Positions 1 to 17,600 of a stretch of 64,000 nt of DNA are shown piece by piece; position 1 is the first letter of the stretch; each line of letters starts with the position of its first letter. Made by a program: the position numbers and the translations under genes. The DNA is from the human T2T-CHM13v2.0 reference genome, Homo sapiens. Below the pieces are notes generated by a model. It saw only the letters and a program-made list of their open reading frames with translations, was not told the origin of the DNA and made no database searches. The DNA is taken from assembly GCF_009914755.1 (NCBI RefSeq), contig NC_060933.1. One strand, given 5' to 3'.

Positions 1-860
1 TATAGGAGTCTGGTGCTCAAAGGAGAGGCTGGGACTAGAAATTGATCTTTGGAAATCCTCTGCATATAGGTAATAGTTATAGCCATAAGACTGGTTGAGA
101 TCACCTAAGCAGAAAGGGTAGATAATGAAGAAAAGGAGGCTGAAGAGGGGTCATAAAAGTAGATGGAGCTAGCAAAGAAGACTGAGAGGGGACAGCAAGG
201 CAGAAGGAACCAAAACTAAGGGAGAGGGGGTTTCAAGAGGGAGGGAGTGTCAACACTATCGAAGAAATCAGATAAGAACAAAACTGGCCATTGGATTTGG
301 CAAGACGGAGATCAAACGAAGAGCCTTTCAGTAAAGCAATGAAGACGTATGTTTCCCACGTGGGATGAGTGAAAGTGAGAACAGGAGGTAGGGCTGTGGA
401 GCCTACAGAACAGCCATTTCTTTCAAGGAGTTTTTATAGAAAGGGGCGGAGAGAAGGCAAAGTAGCTGAAGACAAATATGGGCTCAAAGAAGGTCTGCTC
501 ATTTTTTCTTTCTTTTCGTTCACAAGGAGGATGTTGCAACATGCTAGGCAATGCTGGGGATAATTCTGTATTGAGGGGAAGTGCTGATCAGGGAAGAAGG
601 GATGGGATCTAAGGCACAAGTTGAGGGGATGGCAGCCTTACACACGAGCAGGGACAGGAAGGGAGGCAGAACAGGATGCAAGGAGGAACGGCAGGGCTGA
701 GCGTGGGAAGTCCTCACCTGACTACTTCTAATTTCTCAGTGAAATAAGAATCAAGAAGCTAATATGCTTAGTATTTGCTCAGAGCATGTGTGAAGTGGGT
801 GTCACAGATGTGAAGAGGGAGGAGAAAATGAGTGGAAAGTGAATTTACTGGGGCCCTATA
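1..860 (-). mobile_element. Degraded L2 LINE fragment
   Basis: Purine-rich L2-antisense signatures (ggagtctgg..tcaaaggagagg, gagatcacct, ccattggatttggcaa). Confidence 0.65.
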
Positions 861-900
861 GCCAGAGGACTACAATCATTGTCCCCTGATAGTAATCTAC

Positions 901-1195
901 TTTTTTTTTTTTTTTTTTTTTTTTTGAGATGGAGTTTTGCTCTTGTTGCCTAGGCTGGAGTGCGATCTCAGATCAACACAACCTCCACCTCCTGGGTTCA
1001 AGCAATTCTCCTGCCTCAGCCTCCCGAGTAGCTGGGATTACAGGCACCTGACACCACACCCAGCTAATTTTTGTATTCTTAGTAGAGGTGGGGTTTCACC
1101 ACGTCAGCCAGGCTGATCTCGAACTGATCCTCACATGATCCACCCTCCTCAGCTTCCCAAAGTGCTGGGATTACAGGTTTGAGCCACTGTGCCTA
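901..1195 (-). mobile_element. AluS
   Basis: Poly-T, dimeric Alu body, TSD tagtaatctac. Confidence 0.93.
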
Positions 1196-1458
1196 GCTAG
1201 TAATCTACTCTTAAAGTACTTGCAACAGGATGCCAACTAAATATTCCTGAGAAAGAAAGAGCCACAAGCATTTTTTGTTTAAGTATAAAGTATTTTAAAT
1301 GCTTTAAATATCCAGAAGCTATACAACCAACACCATGGATGGACACACTACCCACATTTCATCAATGCTGACATTTTGTTTCAGGTATCTTCCCCCTCCC
1401 CCTCCCCACAGACCTCCCCTGTGGTTATTAGGTATCTTTTTAAAAATAAAACATAACA

Positions 1459-1756
1459 GGCTGGGCGCAGTGGCTTACACCTGTAATCCCAGCACTTTGG
1501 GAGGCCGAGGCAGGTGGATTGCTTGAGCCCAGGAGTTCAAGACCAGCCTAGGCAACATAGTGAAACCCCGTCTCTACAAAAAATACAGAAATTAGCCAGG
1601 CATGGTGGCCTATACAACTATAATCCCAGCTACTCAAGAGGCTGAGGCAGGAGGATCATTTAAGCCCAGGTCAAGGCTGCAGTGAGCCATGATCGTGCCT
1701 CTGCACTCCAGCCTGGGCGACAGAGCAAGACCCTGCCTCAAAAAAAGAAAAAAGAA
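1459..1756 (+). mobile_element. AluJ-like
   Basis: ggctgggcgcagtggct... to A tail. TSD aataaaacataaca. Confidence 0.93.
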
Positions 1757-1925
1757 TAAAACATAACAGTCACAGAGGCGCCTTAAGGCACCTCTCCAAT
1801 TCCATGTCCTTCCTCCTCTCCCTGTTAAAGTTCATTATATAATGATAAAAAGCAACAGTGTTCCTCTTTATCAGGACCTATGAACAATTCTGTGGTAACT
1901 TTGTTAATCCAAATGCTGTTATTCA

Positions 1926-2512
<587 letters not shown>

Positions 2513-3006
2513 CCCTTCCCGTTTTCATGAGCTTTCTTCCTCTCTCTCTCTCTCTGGACTCTAATGTTTCTTCAAAAGGTGAAATGCAGCAGTAAGCAAA
2601 TATTAGAGTTGCAATACTATAAATATTGTACTTAAAATATTATTTGTATAATAAATATATTTTTAAATAAAAACACACAAAAGGCTAAGGTCCCAATACT
2701 GGCAGCTTTCTCCTTATTCTCACACATACAGTGCACATACACAACAAGAAAGTGTATTGGCAAAACTGCAGGAGCAAGGACAAGAACATTTTCCTAGAAA
2801 GAATATTAGGAATCCAAACTAAGCAGGACCTGAATTAGAATACTCGTAGCTGGTCTGCTAGAACCTGAGAACAGTTTTTCTCCTCTTCCTGCCAGCTTCT
2901 GGTGACCCTACCCTTTCCTTAACCACCCTGACACTTCGGCCAAGAGACACCCTTTTGTTCTTACTTAATTTCTTCCAGTAGAAGCTCATCCCAGTCTTCC
3001 CCCTCC

Positions 3007-3302
3007 TTTTTTTTTTTTTTCGAGACAAAGTTTTGCTCTGTCACCCAGGCTGGGGTTCAGTGGCGCGATCTTGGTTAACAGCAACCTCCACCTCTTGGGT
3101 TCAAGCTATTCTCCTGCCTCAGCCTCCTGAATAGCTGGGATTACAGCTATGCGCCACTACGCTCGGCTAATTTTTATATTTTTAGCAGAGACAGAGTTTC
3201 ACCATGTTGACCAGGCTGGTCTTAACTCCTGGCCTCAAGTGATCCGCCCGCCTCAGCCTCTCAAAGTACTGGGATTACAAGTGTGAGCCACTGTGCCCAG
3301 CC
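3007..3302 (-). mobile_element. AluS
   Basis: Antisense Alu body. Confidence 0.93.
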
Positions 3303-3465
3303 ACTGTCTTTAAATACACAGAAGTGGCCATCTTCTTGCTTCTTGATGCAATTGTCACAGTAAATCGTCTACTGATAATGATAGTTATAGATGTAGATTT
3401 TTAGGTTTGTGGGTATTTTTAAGCCTCCCACATAAGACAACCATCTATAAATACAGTAACTTTCA

Positions 3466-3675
<210 letters not shown>

Positions 3676-3757
3676 TTAATTTAGAAATTAGTGGTAGCAG
3701 TCTCAAAGTAATACCACTTTTATATCTAGGTAAACTCAGTCTTGATGAAAGATTTCA

Positions 3758-4141
<384 letters not shown>

Positions 4142-5059
4142 TTACTGCAAGCTTCCTTGGCTTACTAAGCTAAAATTACAACTATTTGTCCTGGACCTTG
4201 TATACCCTCATTTATACAAATAAGTGTCGGTTCGAAATTCTGAGCTAAGAGCAACATTTCAGCAGAGAATTGCTCCTTGAGGAACTGAAAAAAGTGCTTT
4301 GAAGCAATCAGGTTTTTCATGAGGAAAAGAATAGGAGGTGGCGGGATTCTCTTGGTTTGGGCTTCCTTATCTCTTGTGAGCAAAGAAATATTTCTTGTCC
4401 TCTGCTCAGTTTCATAGTAATCAATCTAAAAGACAGTTCAGATCTGATACAGTTTAATGTGGAGGTACACCCATCCAAGTAGTCAAGAAAGACTATTTAT
4501 TCAAAACCCTGACATCAGAGGTTACTTCCTTCAATAATGATCTCTGTCCCTAAAGTGGAAATAATAGAGCAGACTTGCTAAGAAGTTTCACAGGAACACT
4601 GTGATGATTAACGAGTGATAAAGACAACTCCCAAATTACGTGAAAAAAGGAAGGTCTCATGAAAGGTAAGGCTGTATTTTGTAACTCCCTGGCCTGACAG
4701 GTTCCTACAAATGAAGCCAAGTTGGTAGACACGACTCCTCTCTATGGATTGGGCAGCTTGGCACAAAGAAAACCTGTACAAGTTACAAGCTGTACCTCAA
4801 ATGTTGCAACACGGAGCAGGTAGGGAACAGGAGGAAAAGATGAACAGGTGGTAAGGAACAGGAGGAGTACAGATGATTCCAGGTTAATGCAGACCCACAG
4901 CTGGGTAGAGACAGGTTTGGAGATTAGTAGTAGTGGTCCAAAGTTACACTTCTGAAACTTTCAAAATACAAATAACTCCAATAGTATTTAAACAGTTCTA
5001 GACTATACAAAAAGGTGGAAGGGTCCCCAAATCATTTAATATGACTAAATAATCCACAA

Positions 5060-5676
5060 TGCCCGACCTGTACAAGGATGGCACAGCCAATCACTAAACA
5101 TCCTATGCCAAATTTGCTTGTTGATATAAATACAAAAATCCAAAATAAAATATTAGCACAAAGAAGTCAGTAGTACATTCAAAGAACAATACACTACGAC
5201 CAAAGATTTATTCCCAGAATACAGAGAGTATCATTATTGGAAAAGCTATTAATAGGTTAAAAGAGAGAAACCATGTGGTTACTTTTATAAATGGAACTGT
5301 TAATACATTTAATATACTTTGTTAACTTGAAATCTTAGTGAGCTAGGACTTCATTTGACAGAAACGCCTTAGTTTAGTAGGGTTTATAAGAAACCACCAC
5401 ACTCAGTGGTAAAGCAATTAAGCAATTTCTAGTAAAGTTAAGAACAATACAAGGATGTCTGGTCTTGTAGCTATTACTGAGCCTTATTCAAGAGATTCTA
5501 GACAATGCAGAAAAAGGCAAGAAAAAAAAATGAGCTATAAATGCCAGAAAGAGCAACAAATGATGCAACTGCCAGTAAATCTAAGAGACTCAACTAATCA
5601 AACATGAAACTGTTTGAAAATAACAGAAAGGCAACATACAAAAACTGATCATTTTCTATCTATCTTCAAGAACAAG
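5060..5676 (+). mobile_element. Old L1 (L1M-type) ORF2 remnant
   Basis: A-rich decayed RT-region motifs (aaaatattagca, gaacaatacaaggatgtc). Confidence 0.65.
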
Positions 5677-6506
<830 letters not shown>

Positions 6507-6553
6507 ACAAGTAGCAGAATATAATAGAAAAATAAAAAGATCCATATTCATGA

Positions 6554-7578
<1,025 letters not shown>

Positions 7579-8729
7579 ATATATACAAGCATATTAACAG
7601 TAGCATTGTCTGTAATAACAAAAACTTGAAAGGGAAAAAAAATACCCAAATAACCTTCTATAGATAATAAGTTAATAAATTAGTATACCTTTATGTGATA
7701 GAATACTGTGCTTCCCTCAAAGAGAATGAGATGACAATACATGAATTGGTATGGAAGTATGTCTACAGGATATTGTAAGGCCAAAAGTCAAAGAATAATA
7801 TAAAAAAGCAAAATGAAGAATAATATATATATAATTATTTCATTTTTTAAAATTACACACACACATATGCTCAAGTAACCTAACAGTAGTGGTGAGTCTG
7901 CAGCTCCTTCTGCTCACAGGAAATGTCTCACTGGCTCAGTTCATTCAGTTCCACCCGGGTCAGGGAGTGACATTCTCACTCTAGGTTCCCTTCCCTCCAT
8001 TCAAGTGGCTTTACAGTTTCAGCCACAGGCAGGTTGAACCCATGATGCATTCAATGAGGAGAAAAGGATCCCCAGTAGAGCTCATCCCAAGTCCCTTCCT
8101 AGTGCTCTCAGATCCTTTGCTATGAAAGATACGTGCGGTGGTCTCTCATACAAATCTTCCTTCTCTAATGCATTTTTAGTGGTTACTCTGTGTTCTCTCT
8201 CTTTTCTCCACCCGCTGGGCCAATCTGATCTAGAATCCTGAAGTTGAAAAACCAGAACTGCAAGAATGCCTCAAAAAAGAGAAAATTAAGCTCTTAACGA
8301 AACTTTGTTTCTGCTTCATTTGTATGGGCAAGCGACTCTTGGCAAAATCAATCACTATTTCCTCTCTGCTCCTGTGGTACCCTGCAAATACCTCAAATAT
8401 GCTTCATATATTGTATTATTGATCTTTGTCTATCACCCCCATTGAACTGATAGCTCCTTGAAGAGAGAGACATCTTCTTAATCTTTGCACTCTCAGTGTC
8501 TAGGGCAGTGATTTAAACAATCACAGCAGCTATGATTGTTCAAATGCAATCAGCAATAAGGGGAAAGCTAAGCAAATGGTATTGCATTGACCCAGTGGAA
8601 TATAAGTACTCTGAGTAAGACATGCTTTCTGCCCATAACATGCATTTCACCTAGGAGAGAAGTTATGGCCTATGTAAGTACAGTTTTAAAAACAAGGGAG
8701 TATATAATAAATGTCAGAAAGTAAATGTA

Positions 8730-8975
8730 AGTAATAGTTAACATTTGATAGACATTCATCTTGTGTCAGGTATTGTGCTGTTTCTCCATGTGCTTTAATC
8801 CATTTGGTCTTCACAACAAGCCCACGATATGGATATTGTTATTCCCATGTTCACAGTTAAGGCAACTGGGACACATAGAGGTGAAATAACTTGTCCGAAG
8901 TTACAGAGATAGTAAGTGGCAGATCTGGGATTTGAATTTAGATCATCTGACTCCAGAGGAACTGTGCCAAACTAC
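8730..8975 (-). mobile_element. MIR
   Basis: Core ...gaggtgaaataacttgtccgaagttacagagatagtaagtggcagatctgggatttgaa. Confidence 0.85.
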
Positions 8976-9273
8976 TACCTATACTTCCTGTTAAAATAGG
9001 TTACGGGAATTCAGAAAGAAAGATACTTATCAGCTTGAAAGGTGGGAAGTGGAAATCATGGAAGAAAGAAATCTATGAACTCAAGAAAAGGGAGTGGGCT
9101 CCAGGTAGAAGAAATGGCATGAACAAAGACACGGAGGTGGAAAAGTTAGCACGTAATATATTACCGATCAGAGTTCCAATCATCAAAGATAATGGTGGCC
9201 CCTTAAATATAACTCACTACGCATCCTCCAAAATATTCTTCAGATCAGCAAGAAGATCAAATAAAACAACATA

Positions 9274-9728
9274 TGCAGTAAGCCGAGATTGCACCACTGC
9301 ATTCCAGCCTGGGTGACAGAGTGAGACCCTGTCTCAAAAATAAAATAAAATAAAACAACATAAAACAGAAGCTGTCATCATAAAAGGAAAATAGAAAACA
9401 TTACAAACTTTAAATTACTGTTAAGGCCGGGTACAGTAGCTCACACCTGTAATCCCAATACTTTGAGAGGCCGAGGTGGAAGGATTGCTTGAGCCCAGGA
9501 GTTTCAGACCAGCCTTGGCAACATAGCAAGACCCGCCCCTCTCACCACCATCTCTACAAAAAATAAAAAAGTTAGCTGAGCATGGTGGCGGGAGCCTGTA
9601 GTACCAGCTACTCGAAAAGCTGAGGTGGAAAGATTGCTTGAGCCCAGGAGGTCAAAGCTGCAGTGAGATGTGTCCTGCCAGGCTGGGTGACAGAGCGAGA
9701 CCTTGCCTCAAAAAAAAAAAAAAAAAAA
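9274..9728 (+). mobile_element. 5'-truncated Alu (9274-~9350) and a full AluJ (9425-9728)
   Basis: Alu 3' end with TSD aaataaaacaacata, then a separate full Alu. Confidence 0.9.
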
Positions 9729-9906
9729 TCTGTTAAATAGAAAAATAAATATGAAATTCCAGCAAAATTATCTCTCAATCTCCCACAAGTCCTTGTGAAG
9801 AGTGAGGGGTGATAGAAGGGATGTGTGAAATAGAAAAGAGGGAAGCAAGGTGGCCCAGAGTAAGCTAGGTTCACTCCCAGCAAGAGAAACTCCACTCTAA
9901 CTATGA

Positions 9907-9945
9907 AAAAAAGAAAGAAAGAAAGAGAGAGAGAGAGAAAAAAAG

Positions 9946-9984
<39 letters not shown>
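9907..9984 (+). repeat. (GAAA)n/(GA)n purine microsatellite
   Basis: Directly visible. Confidence 0.95.
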
Positions 9985-10572
9985 CCTGGTGTATAGACAG
10001 AGCACTGACTACAAGGAAAGGATTAAAAGTCCATGAGTTGTCAGGTAGTGGTAAGAAAACGGCATTGCTTCTGGGAAAGAAAAGGATAAAAGGGAAGGAA
10101 TGGGTGTCCTTTGGAGACTAAGCAGTGGTGGGCAACAGAAGCGAGAGGGAAATGCAAGATCCTACAAGGCAAAAGAGAACCTAAAATGAGAAGAATACAT
10201 GATTCATGCCCAGTCTTATCAAAACAAACAAACAAACAAACAAAAAAAACCTTTAAAGAAACTGCATTTCACTCAGTGACAGAAGAGGGCACTCTTAACC
10301 TAGAAATCTTGTTAACCATCCTAAACCAGCAATTCTGTCCTGGGAATTAACAGACAAAAGCAGTTTGTATTTTATATATATATACATATATAAAATATAC
10401 ATATATAATATACATATAAAATAAAAACAATGCAGCTTGTAAAAAGCTCTACATTTTTTTAAACCCACAAACTGGGGTGGAGGGGGAGTCCTATACATTA
10501 ATAAACTGAAATAAGTATCCTCAAGCATTTGGGGATATGAAGAAAACTCCTTGAGTCAGAAATTTTAAAACT

Positions 10573-10879
10573 TCTTTTTTTCTTTTTTGAGATGAAGTCT
10601 TTTTCTGCTGCCCAGGCTGGAGTGCAGTGGCACGATCTCTGCTCACTGCAGCCTCTGCTCACTGAACCCTGCTGGGTTCAAGTGACTCTTCTGCCTCAGC
10701 CTCCTGAGTAGCTGGAATTACAGGTGTGCACCACCAAGCCTGGCTAATTTTTGTATCTTTAGTAGAGACGGGGTTTCACCATGTTGGCCAGGCTGGTCTT
10801 AACTCTTGACCTCAAGTGATCCGCTCACCTCGGCCTCCCAAAGTGCTGGGATTACAGGTATGAGCCACTGAGCCAGGCC
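10573..10879 (-). mobile_element. AluS with a small internal 16-bp duplication
   Basis: Antisense Alu. ctctgctcactg occurs twice at ~10637-10664. Confidence 0.92.
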
Positions 10880-11902
10880 TAGGAAATTTAAAACTTAAAA
10901 CATAAATGGACACAAAAAATAGGGAGGAAATGAAACAGGTGACTAAGTTCAGGAAAAAATAATGAAAATACAAAATCACATTAGAAATAATAAAGACTAA
11001 ATTTCATGGTGCCTAAAGAAGGGTAGATTGAATAAAAGGCATTGAAGAAATATAGGAAAACAACTGAAAATAATAAAAATGAGATCAAAAAGAAGTTAAA
11101 AGGGTCAAAAATAAAGTGAATGAAGTGGAATATAGGCAAAGATCCAACACATGTATAATTAAATTATCTGAAGAAGATAAACAAGCATGAAACAGAATTA
11201 GTGTTTAAAACTACAATTCAAGATAACTTTACAAGAATAAAGAGACCTGAGTAGAAATACTAAAGGGATACACTGGGTACCTGTGAAATCTGACCCACAA
11301 CAATCAACTCCAAAATGTATCCAAGTAAAACTATTAGATTTTAAAGATAAAGGAAGAAATCCTCAGGGTCTTCCCTCAAAGAAATAAACATAACATCCAA
11401 GGGCAAAAGAATCAGGCTGCATCAGACTTCTCAAAAGCTACATAGAAAGCAAGGCAAGAAAAGAACTGAATCTTTTTAAGACACTCAAACCAAGAAAGTG
11501 TGAATTAAGATTTTTATATCTAGCCAAGCTACCTTTCAAATATCAAGGCTATACAGATACAATTCTAAATATCCAAGAACTCAAGGAATACTGTGCTCTT
11601 AAGGAATCTACTAGAAAATGAGCTTCATCCAAGAGATAAACTGAGGAAACTTCAGTAAAAGGATTGGTGATAAGCATTTGCTGTATTCAATTGTAGCTCT
11701 AAGACAAAAATAAAGATGGGGCGAGGCGGAAGAGTGATATATAAATGCTATATGTTTTCATAAAGTAGAAATAATGCAACTGAAAAACTGAGAGGAAAAG
11801 GGATGCAGAAAAAGGAAAATAGAATAAACTAGTTGATTCAATAGTTGAATGTCATAAAGGCAATAAATGAATTAAAGTATGCCATTAAAAACTGTCAAAC
11901 CA

Positions 11903-12538
11903 GGCCAGGTGCAGTGGCTCAGACCTGTTAACTCCAGCACCTTGGGAGGCCAAGGTAGGAGGATCACTTAAGGCCAGGAGTTCAGGACTAGCCTGGGCAA
12001 TATAGGGAGAACCTGTCTCCACTAAAATAGAAAATGAAAATAACAAAATTAGCCAAGCATGGTGGCTGTAGCCCCAGCTATTTGGGAGGCTGAGGTCGGA
12101 GGATCACTTGAGCCCAGGAGTTCAAGGCTGTTGTGAGCTATGATCATGCCACTGTACTTCAGCCTGGGAGTGAGACCACATCTCAAAAAACAAACAAACA
12201 AACAAACAAACAAAAACTGACAAACCAGCTGAGTGTGGTGGTTCCCGCCTGTAATCCCAGCACTTTGGGAGGCCAAAGGTGGGAGGATCACTTGAGGTCA
12301 GGAGTTTGAGACCAGCATGGGCAACAAAGAGAGACCTTGTCTCTACAAAAAGTTTTAAAATTAGCTGAGCACAGTGGCTTATGCCTCTAGTCCCAGCTAC
12401 TCAGGAGGCTGAGACAAAAGGATCACTTGAGTCTGGGAAGTTGTGGCTACAGTGAGCTATGATCAATCCACTGCACTCCAGTCTGGGCAACAGGGTGAGA
12501 TCCTGTCTTAAAAACAAACAAATAAACAAACAAACAAA
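11903..12538 (+). mobile_element. Two tandem AluJ-like elements with (AAAC)n tails
   Basis: 11903-12212 and 12227-12538, with three copies of the target sequence. Confidence 0.92.
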
Positions 12539-12940
12539 AAACCTGACAAACCAGATGGTGAAAAGTTAAATGAGAAAACAGAAGAGAGGGCGTTTTTTAA
12601 AGGTATAAAGGTAACCACTAGAAAAATGTAAACCTTCCTTTAAAAATTAATAAATAAAGCAAAGAAAATCCATCACACAGAGAAAGAAATGCAGAAAATA
12701 TAACACAATACATATAGCAGTTGTAACATAAAATAATAGGATGGAGTTGAAACTATAAGAAAGTAAGCACTGCAATCTCTATATAAGACAAAGTAGAATT
12801 CAAATCAAAAAGCATTAAATATGACAAAGGACCACTTTTAATGCTAAAAGCCACAAGTCACAATGAAGATATAGTACAACCACCTTTGTAAAGCAAAAGA
12901 AAGTATAAGAAAGGATATAATAGTTATGAAAGCAGAAACT

Positions 12941-13439
<499 letters not shown>

Positions 13440-16400
13440 ATATTGTGAGACAGAAAAAAAATAGTAGATCCAATTAATAAACCAAAATCTTAGAAAAACT
13501 AATAAAATAAACAAACCACTTAGCTAATTTAATCTAGAAAAGGGGCAGAAAATAAAAGATAAAGGGAGAAATGATCACTGAGACAGAAGAAAATTCAAAA
13601 AGTTAAACGAAACTACTTTGCAGATCAGTGTACAAATAAATTTTAAAACTTAGACGAAATAGGTAATTCCTTGCAAAATCTGGTTTGCCAAAATTGACTC
13701 CATTAGACAGAAAAAGCTTAAACCGACCAATTTCCATAGAAAAAAATTGAGAATGTCATCAAGGAATAACCCCATAGAAAAGCCCCATACCCAGATCATT
13801 TCATAGAATTTGATGGATTCTACCAAATCATCCAAAATCAGATAGTCCAAATGCTATGTGAATTGTCCCAGGGCATAAATAATGAAGGAAACTTTACAAA
13901 TTATTTTTATGAAGAAAGGAAAATACCAATGCTTAAACCTGATAAAGAGTGTCAAAAAAAATAGAGAAAAGTATAGACCAACATTACTTATAAATATTGG
14001 TGCAAAAATACTAAAGAAAATATTAGTGAACAGAATCTAACGCCACATACAACAATACACAATGACCAAGTGGGATATATTACAGGAAGGGGTAGAAGTG
14101 CAAGAAAGAGAAAAATTTGAAATTATATCAAATTTAAAAATTATAAGTAAATAAAAGTTGTTAAAATATCTTGTAGTTAGCTTTCCTTTGCATGGCACTA
14201 AGGAATATTTTAGACTAAAAAGTATGTGACCCTTTCTCTGATTCTAGCCTAGGAGAGAACAGTTTTGGAGTCTGTGTCTATACGCATGATTAGAAAATGA
14301 AGGTACTAAAAAGAATGAGATGAATCTATTGCCTTCAGAGCCACTTAGAACCCATTTAGCTGAAGGCTCCAATTCTAAGCAACTTATTCATCTTTATGAG
14401 TAAAGGTAATGGATATGGTCCCACTGAGCTGGATCTACAAGGTCACTATCTTATCTGTTAAAAGAACAAACATCTACTCTCTCCATACTTGGCACATTCA
14501 GATGATTGTATATTCCATGTAAAATATATGCCAATTTCTGGCTTGACCAACTACAAGTATGGGTTTCTCAGGCTAATGGTTTGTAAGAAAAGAAGGTAGA
14601 CTTCAGGCATAACTCTTCAACCACAGAATACTGTTATAATATTTATCATTCTGTGGAAAAATATCAGAAACAACATTAAATGATTTATGGTCTTAATTAT
14701 CTTTTGTTTGGACTTTAATTCTGTGAACAGGAATCCATTATGGGGGAAGTTTTATAAAGTCCACATAGATCTCAAATTATGCATGCTGTTCAAAACCTGC
14801 AGCAGAAAGCCACCTTAAGAGTAATGGTTTTCTACCAGGGCTTTACTCCCTGGGAAGAGTGCTCTGTTCCTTCTCCTTGTAGGATTTTTTAAAACTTACC
14901 AACATTATTTTGGGAATATCTAAATGCATGCAATCTTCTGCTAAAAAGAACTGAATAAAAACATTCTTTTGTACATAAATAATAGCGGTATTTAAATCTC
15001 TAATTAGAAGTAGCCTATATAGACAGTTGGCTTTGCAAGCTAAATATTGTCATAAAGAATGGCTATAAATCAACTATCCTGAAAGCAAAGTTACTATTGT
15101 ATAACTGCTCTATAAATAGTGGTATCATCTTAGTTATCCTTGATTTACATTTGGGGAGCAGTTTATCTTAAAGAGGGCAACAAGATATAATATGGTTCAA
15201 AGCTGGGAGCTTTACTGTTATTTTATTGAAATTTTTCTTTAGACAAATTTGGTATCTGGTCAGAACAACTGTGAAATTTTTCAGGCTAAACACCTGTGAC
15301 TATATTACAAGGAGAGGAATTTTGAGAGTTCAATCACCCATTCATTGGCAGAGCAGATTCAAACAATTCCCTTGGCTCAGCTCCCCAGGCTCAACCTTCC
15401 AGCAGAGGAGGCCAGCGTTCAATTCAAGCACAAGTCCTTGTTATTCAATTGGTGGCACAGAACAATTGCTCCCTGGGTACTTATAAGAGAAAACAGTTGC
15501 TAGCTCAGTGACACCAAACATTCATCAAATCTCAGTTGAGGGAAACAATATTTAGAAAACAATGCTTGAAAGAAATGGACTCCAGTCATACCTCCAAATA
15601 ATCTAAATAACCTAATCCTACCCCTGAATCAAGCCAGATCAGCAAACAGCAGGCATTTCTAATGCATCTTTTCTGCCACTCTACACTGAATTGTGCTTTT
15701 CTGTGTTCAGGGGCAATACAAAAAAATAGCCTTATAAAATCCTCATAAAATGCTGCTCAGACACTGTCCTATTTATGAGACCCCCTGGAATCAGAAATTT
15801 CTAACTGATTCTTAATGTTGAAAAAGAATTGTGCTTCTGAAAAACACTGCTTCGTTGTAACATTATGGACAATGCAATGGTTCCCTTTCTGGCTGGATGG
15901 GAAAACTCAAACCTAAATTTTAGAGGCACTAATGAACAAGTAAATAGGTTATAAGGGCATGAATTATTCTTAACCTTATTCCTATATTTTTTATGTCTCT
16001 GTTTTTGTTTTCTTTCTTCTTTAGCCTAGACGTCTAACCTATTATCGTTTATTTTATATACCCATGCAGGTCACTTAAAGTCTTTCCTAGAAATAAGACA
16101 GAATATAAATACTCTTTTGTTTTAAAAAATTCTACATTTAATAACAATGTAATGAATCACAATGGAAAAGATCAATAGATTTGACTGTATAGCAATCTAA
16201 AACTTTTATATGTCAAAAACATCGTAAACAAAATTGAAAGAAACCATAAAACAGAAGAAAGGCAACACAAATAATAATCAAAGAAGTCATGCTCTCAGTA
16301 TATGAATAAACTATCTATGTCCATGAGAACACAAAATTTGATCAATAAATAAAATAGTGATGGTAAATTAACCAAGAAATTTGGACAAATTTTTCCTTCA

Positions 16401-17422
16401 AAACAAATGAATTTGAAGGAACCTAAAAGTAATTTAAATTGCTTTCCTAACATAGACTCCTAGAACTATAATGGACCTTTCCTGTTCAAGATAATTACAG
16501 AGATCAGTGACCTTGCTTGAGTGTATTAAAGGTTGCTATTTACCTGTCTTTCCAATTCCATAAGGGAAAAGGCAATTTTGGCTTCTCCCTATTCCCTATA
16601 TGTTAATCCTCAAGGAAGGAACAGTAAATATGTAATCTAATTGGTAGGAGACTGCCATTCCTTGAGTCACATTTCCAAGTAATAAGTTCATATATTACAG
16701 GTTGCCACCCAAACAAAAGGCAGACTTGCTCTCTGGGACCCGCCTGTGCACAGGTACAAGGAGCACTCTGGGTATCTCCGGTCTCCAAGAGGTAAGCACC
16801 CAGTGTCTGTCACCGCCCTTTCCTCTGCTTTTCGGCCTGAGACTGGGTGGGTAAGCCAGGCAAGGGTCCCTTACAGACCCAACTGCCCATATTTCCAGGG
16901 GGAATTCCAGCAAGTAGGAAGTTCCACTTGGCCACAATAGCTAAACCTCATCCTTCAATATAGCTTTTACCTGAAATTCAGTTTTGGAGAGAGTTCCTGG
17001 AAACTTGCCCAGATCAATAAAGTTGATCCTCTATTTGTCATTTATCTATCTGTTTGTCCTGTTAATCTCAGATGGAAAGGAGAGGTAAGATTCAGTATCT
17101 CCCTGCAAAAGACAGATATACTGACTGGGGCCTTGAGTATAAAGATAAGAGCTGCCACAGCGGAGCAAGGCACCATGATGGAAGATGAGAGCTCCTGGTC
17201 TCTGCAGCTGGAATTCAGGAACAGATGAGGTAGGTAGATATCTGATTACCAGGAAAACTTTGCAAATCAGACAAAGCTCTAAGACATAGGCTTTTTAGGC
17301 AGGAGCAGATGGAATTATTTTAGCTACCACTTTTTTTTTATTTCAGTCTTTCTTTTCTTATTATGTCTCTGCCTGCAAGAGCTTTGACATTGCCCGGAAG
17401 TAGCTAAGGTTTATGTGGTTAG

Positions 17423-17600
17423 AGCAATGCGACTCAAAATGTGGACTGACAATATCAATAAGGCCTGAAAGCTTGCTAGAAATGAAAATTTGCTCCCCTC
17501 CCCAAAGGCCTACTGAATCAGAACCTCTGGGATGGGGCCCAGGAACCAGTGTTTTCATAAGCTCTCCAGGTAATCATTACACTTGCTAAAGTTTAAGATG
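17423..17600. mobile_element. MER5A hAT-Charlie element
   Basis: gcttgctagaaatg...cctactgaatcagaacctctggg.tggggcccagg...aagctctccaggt. Confidence 0.85.
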
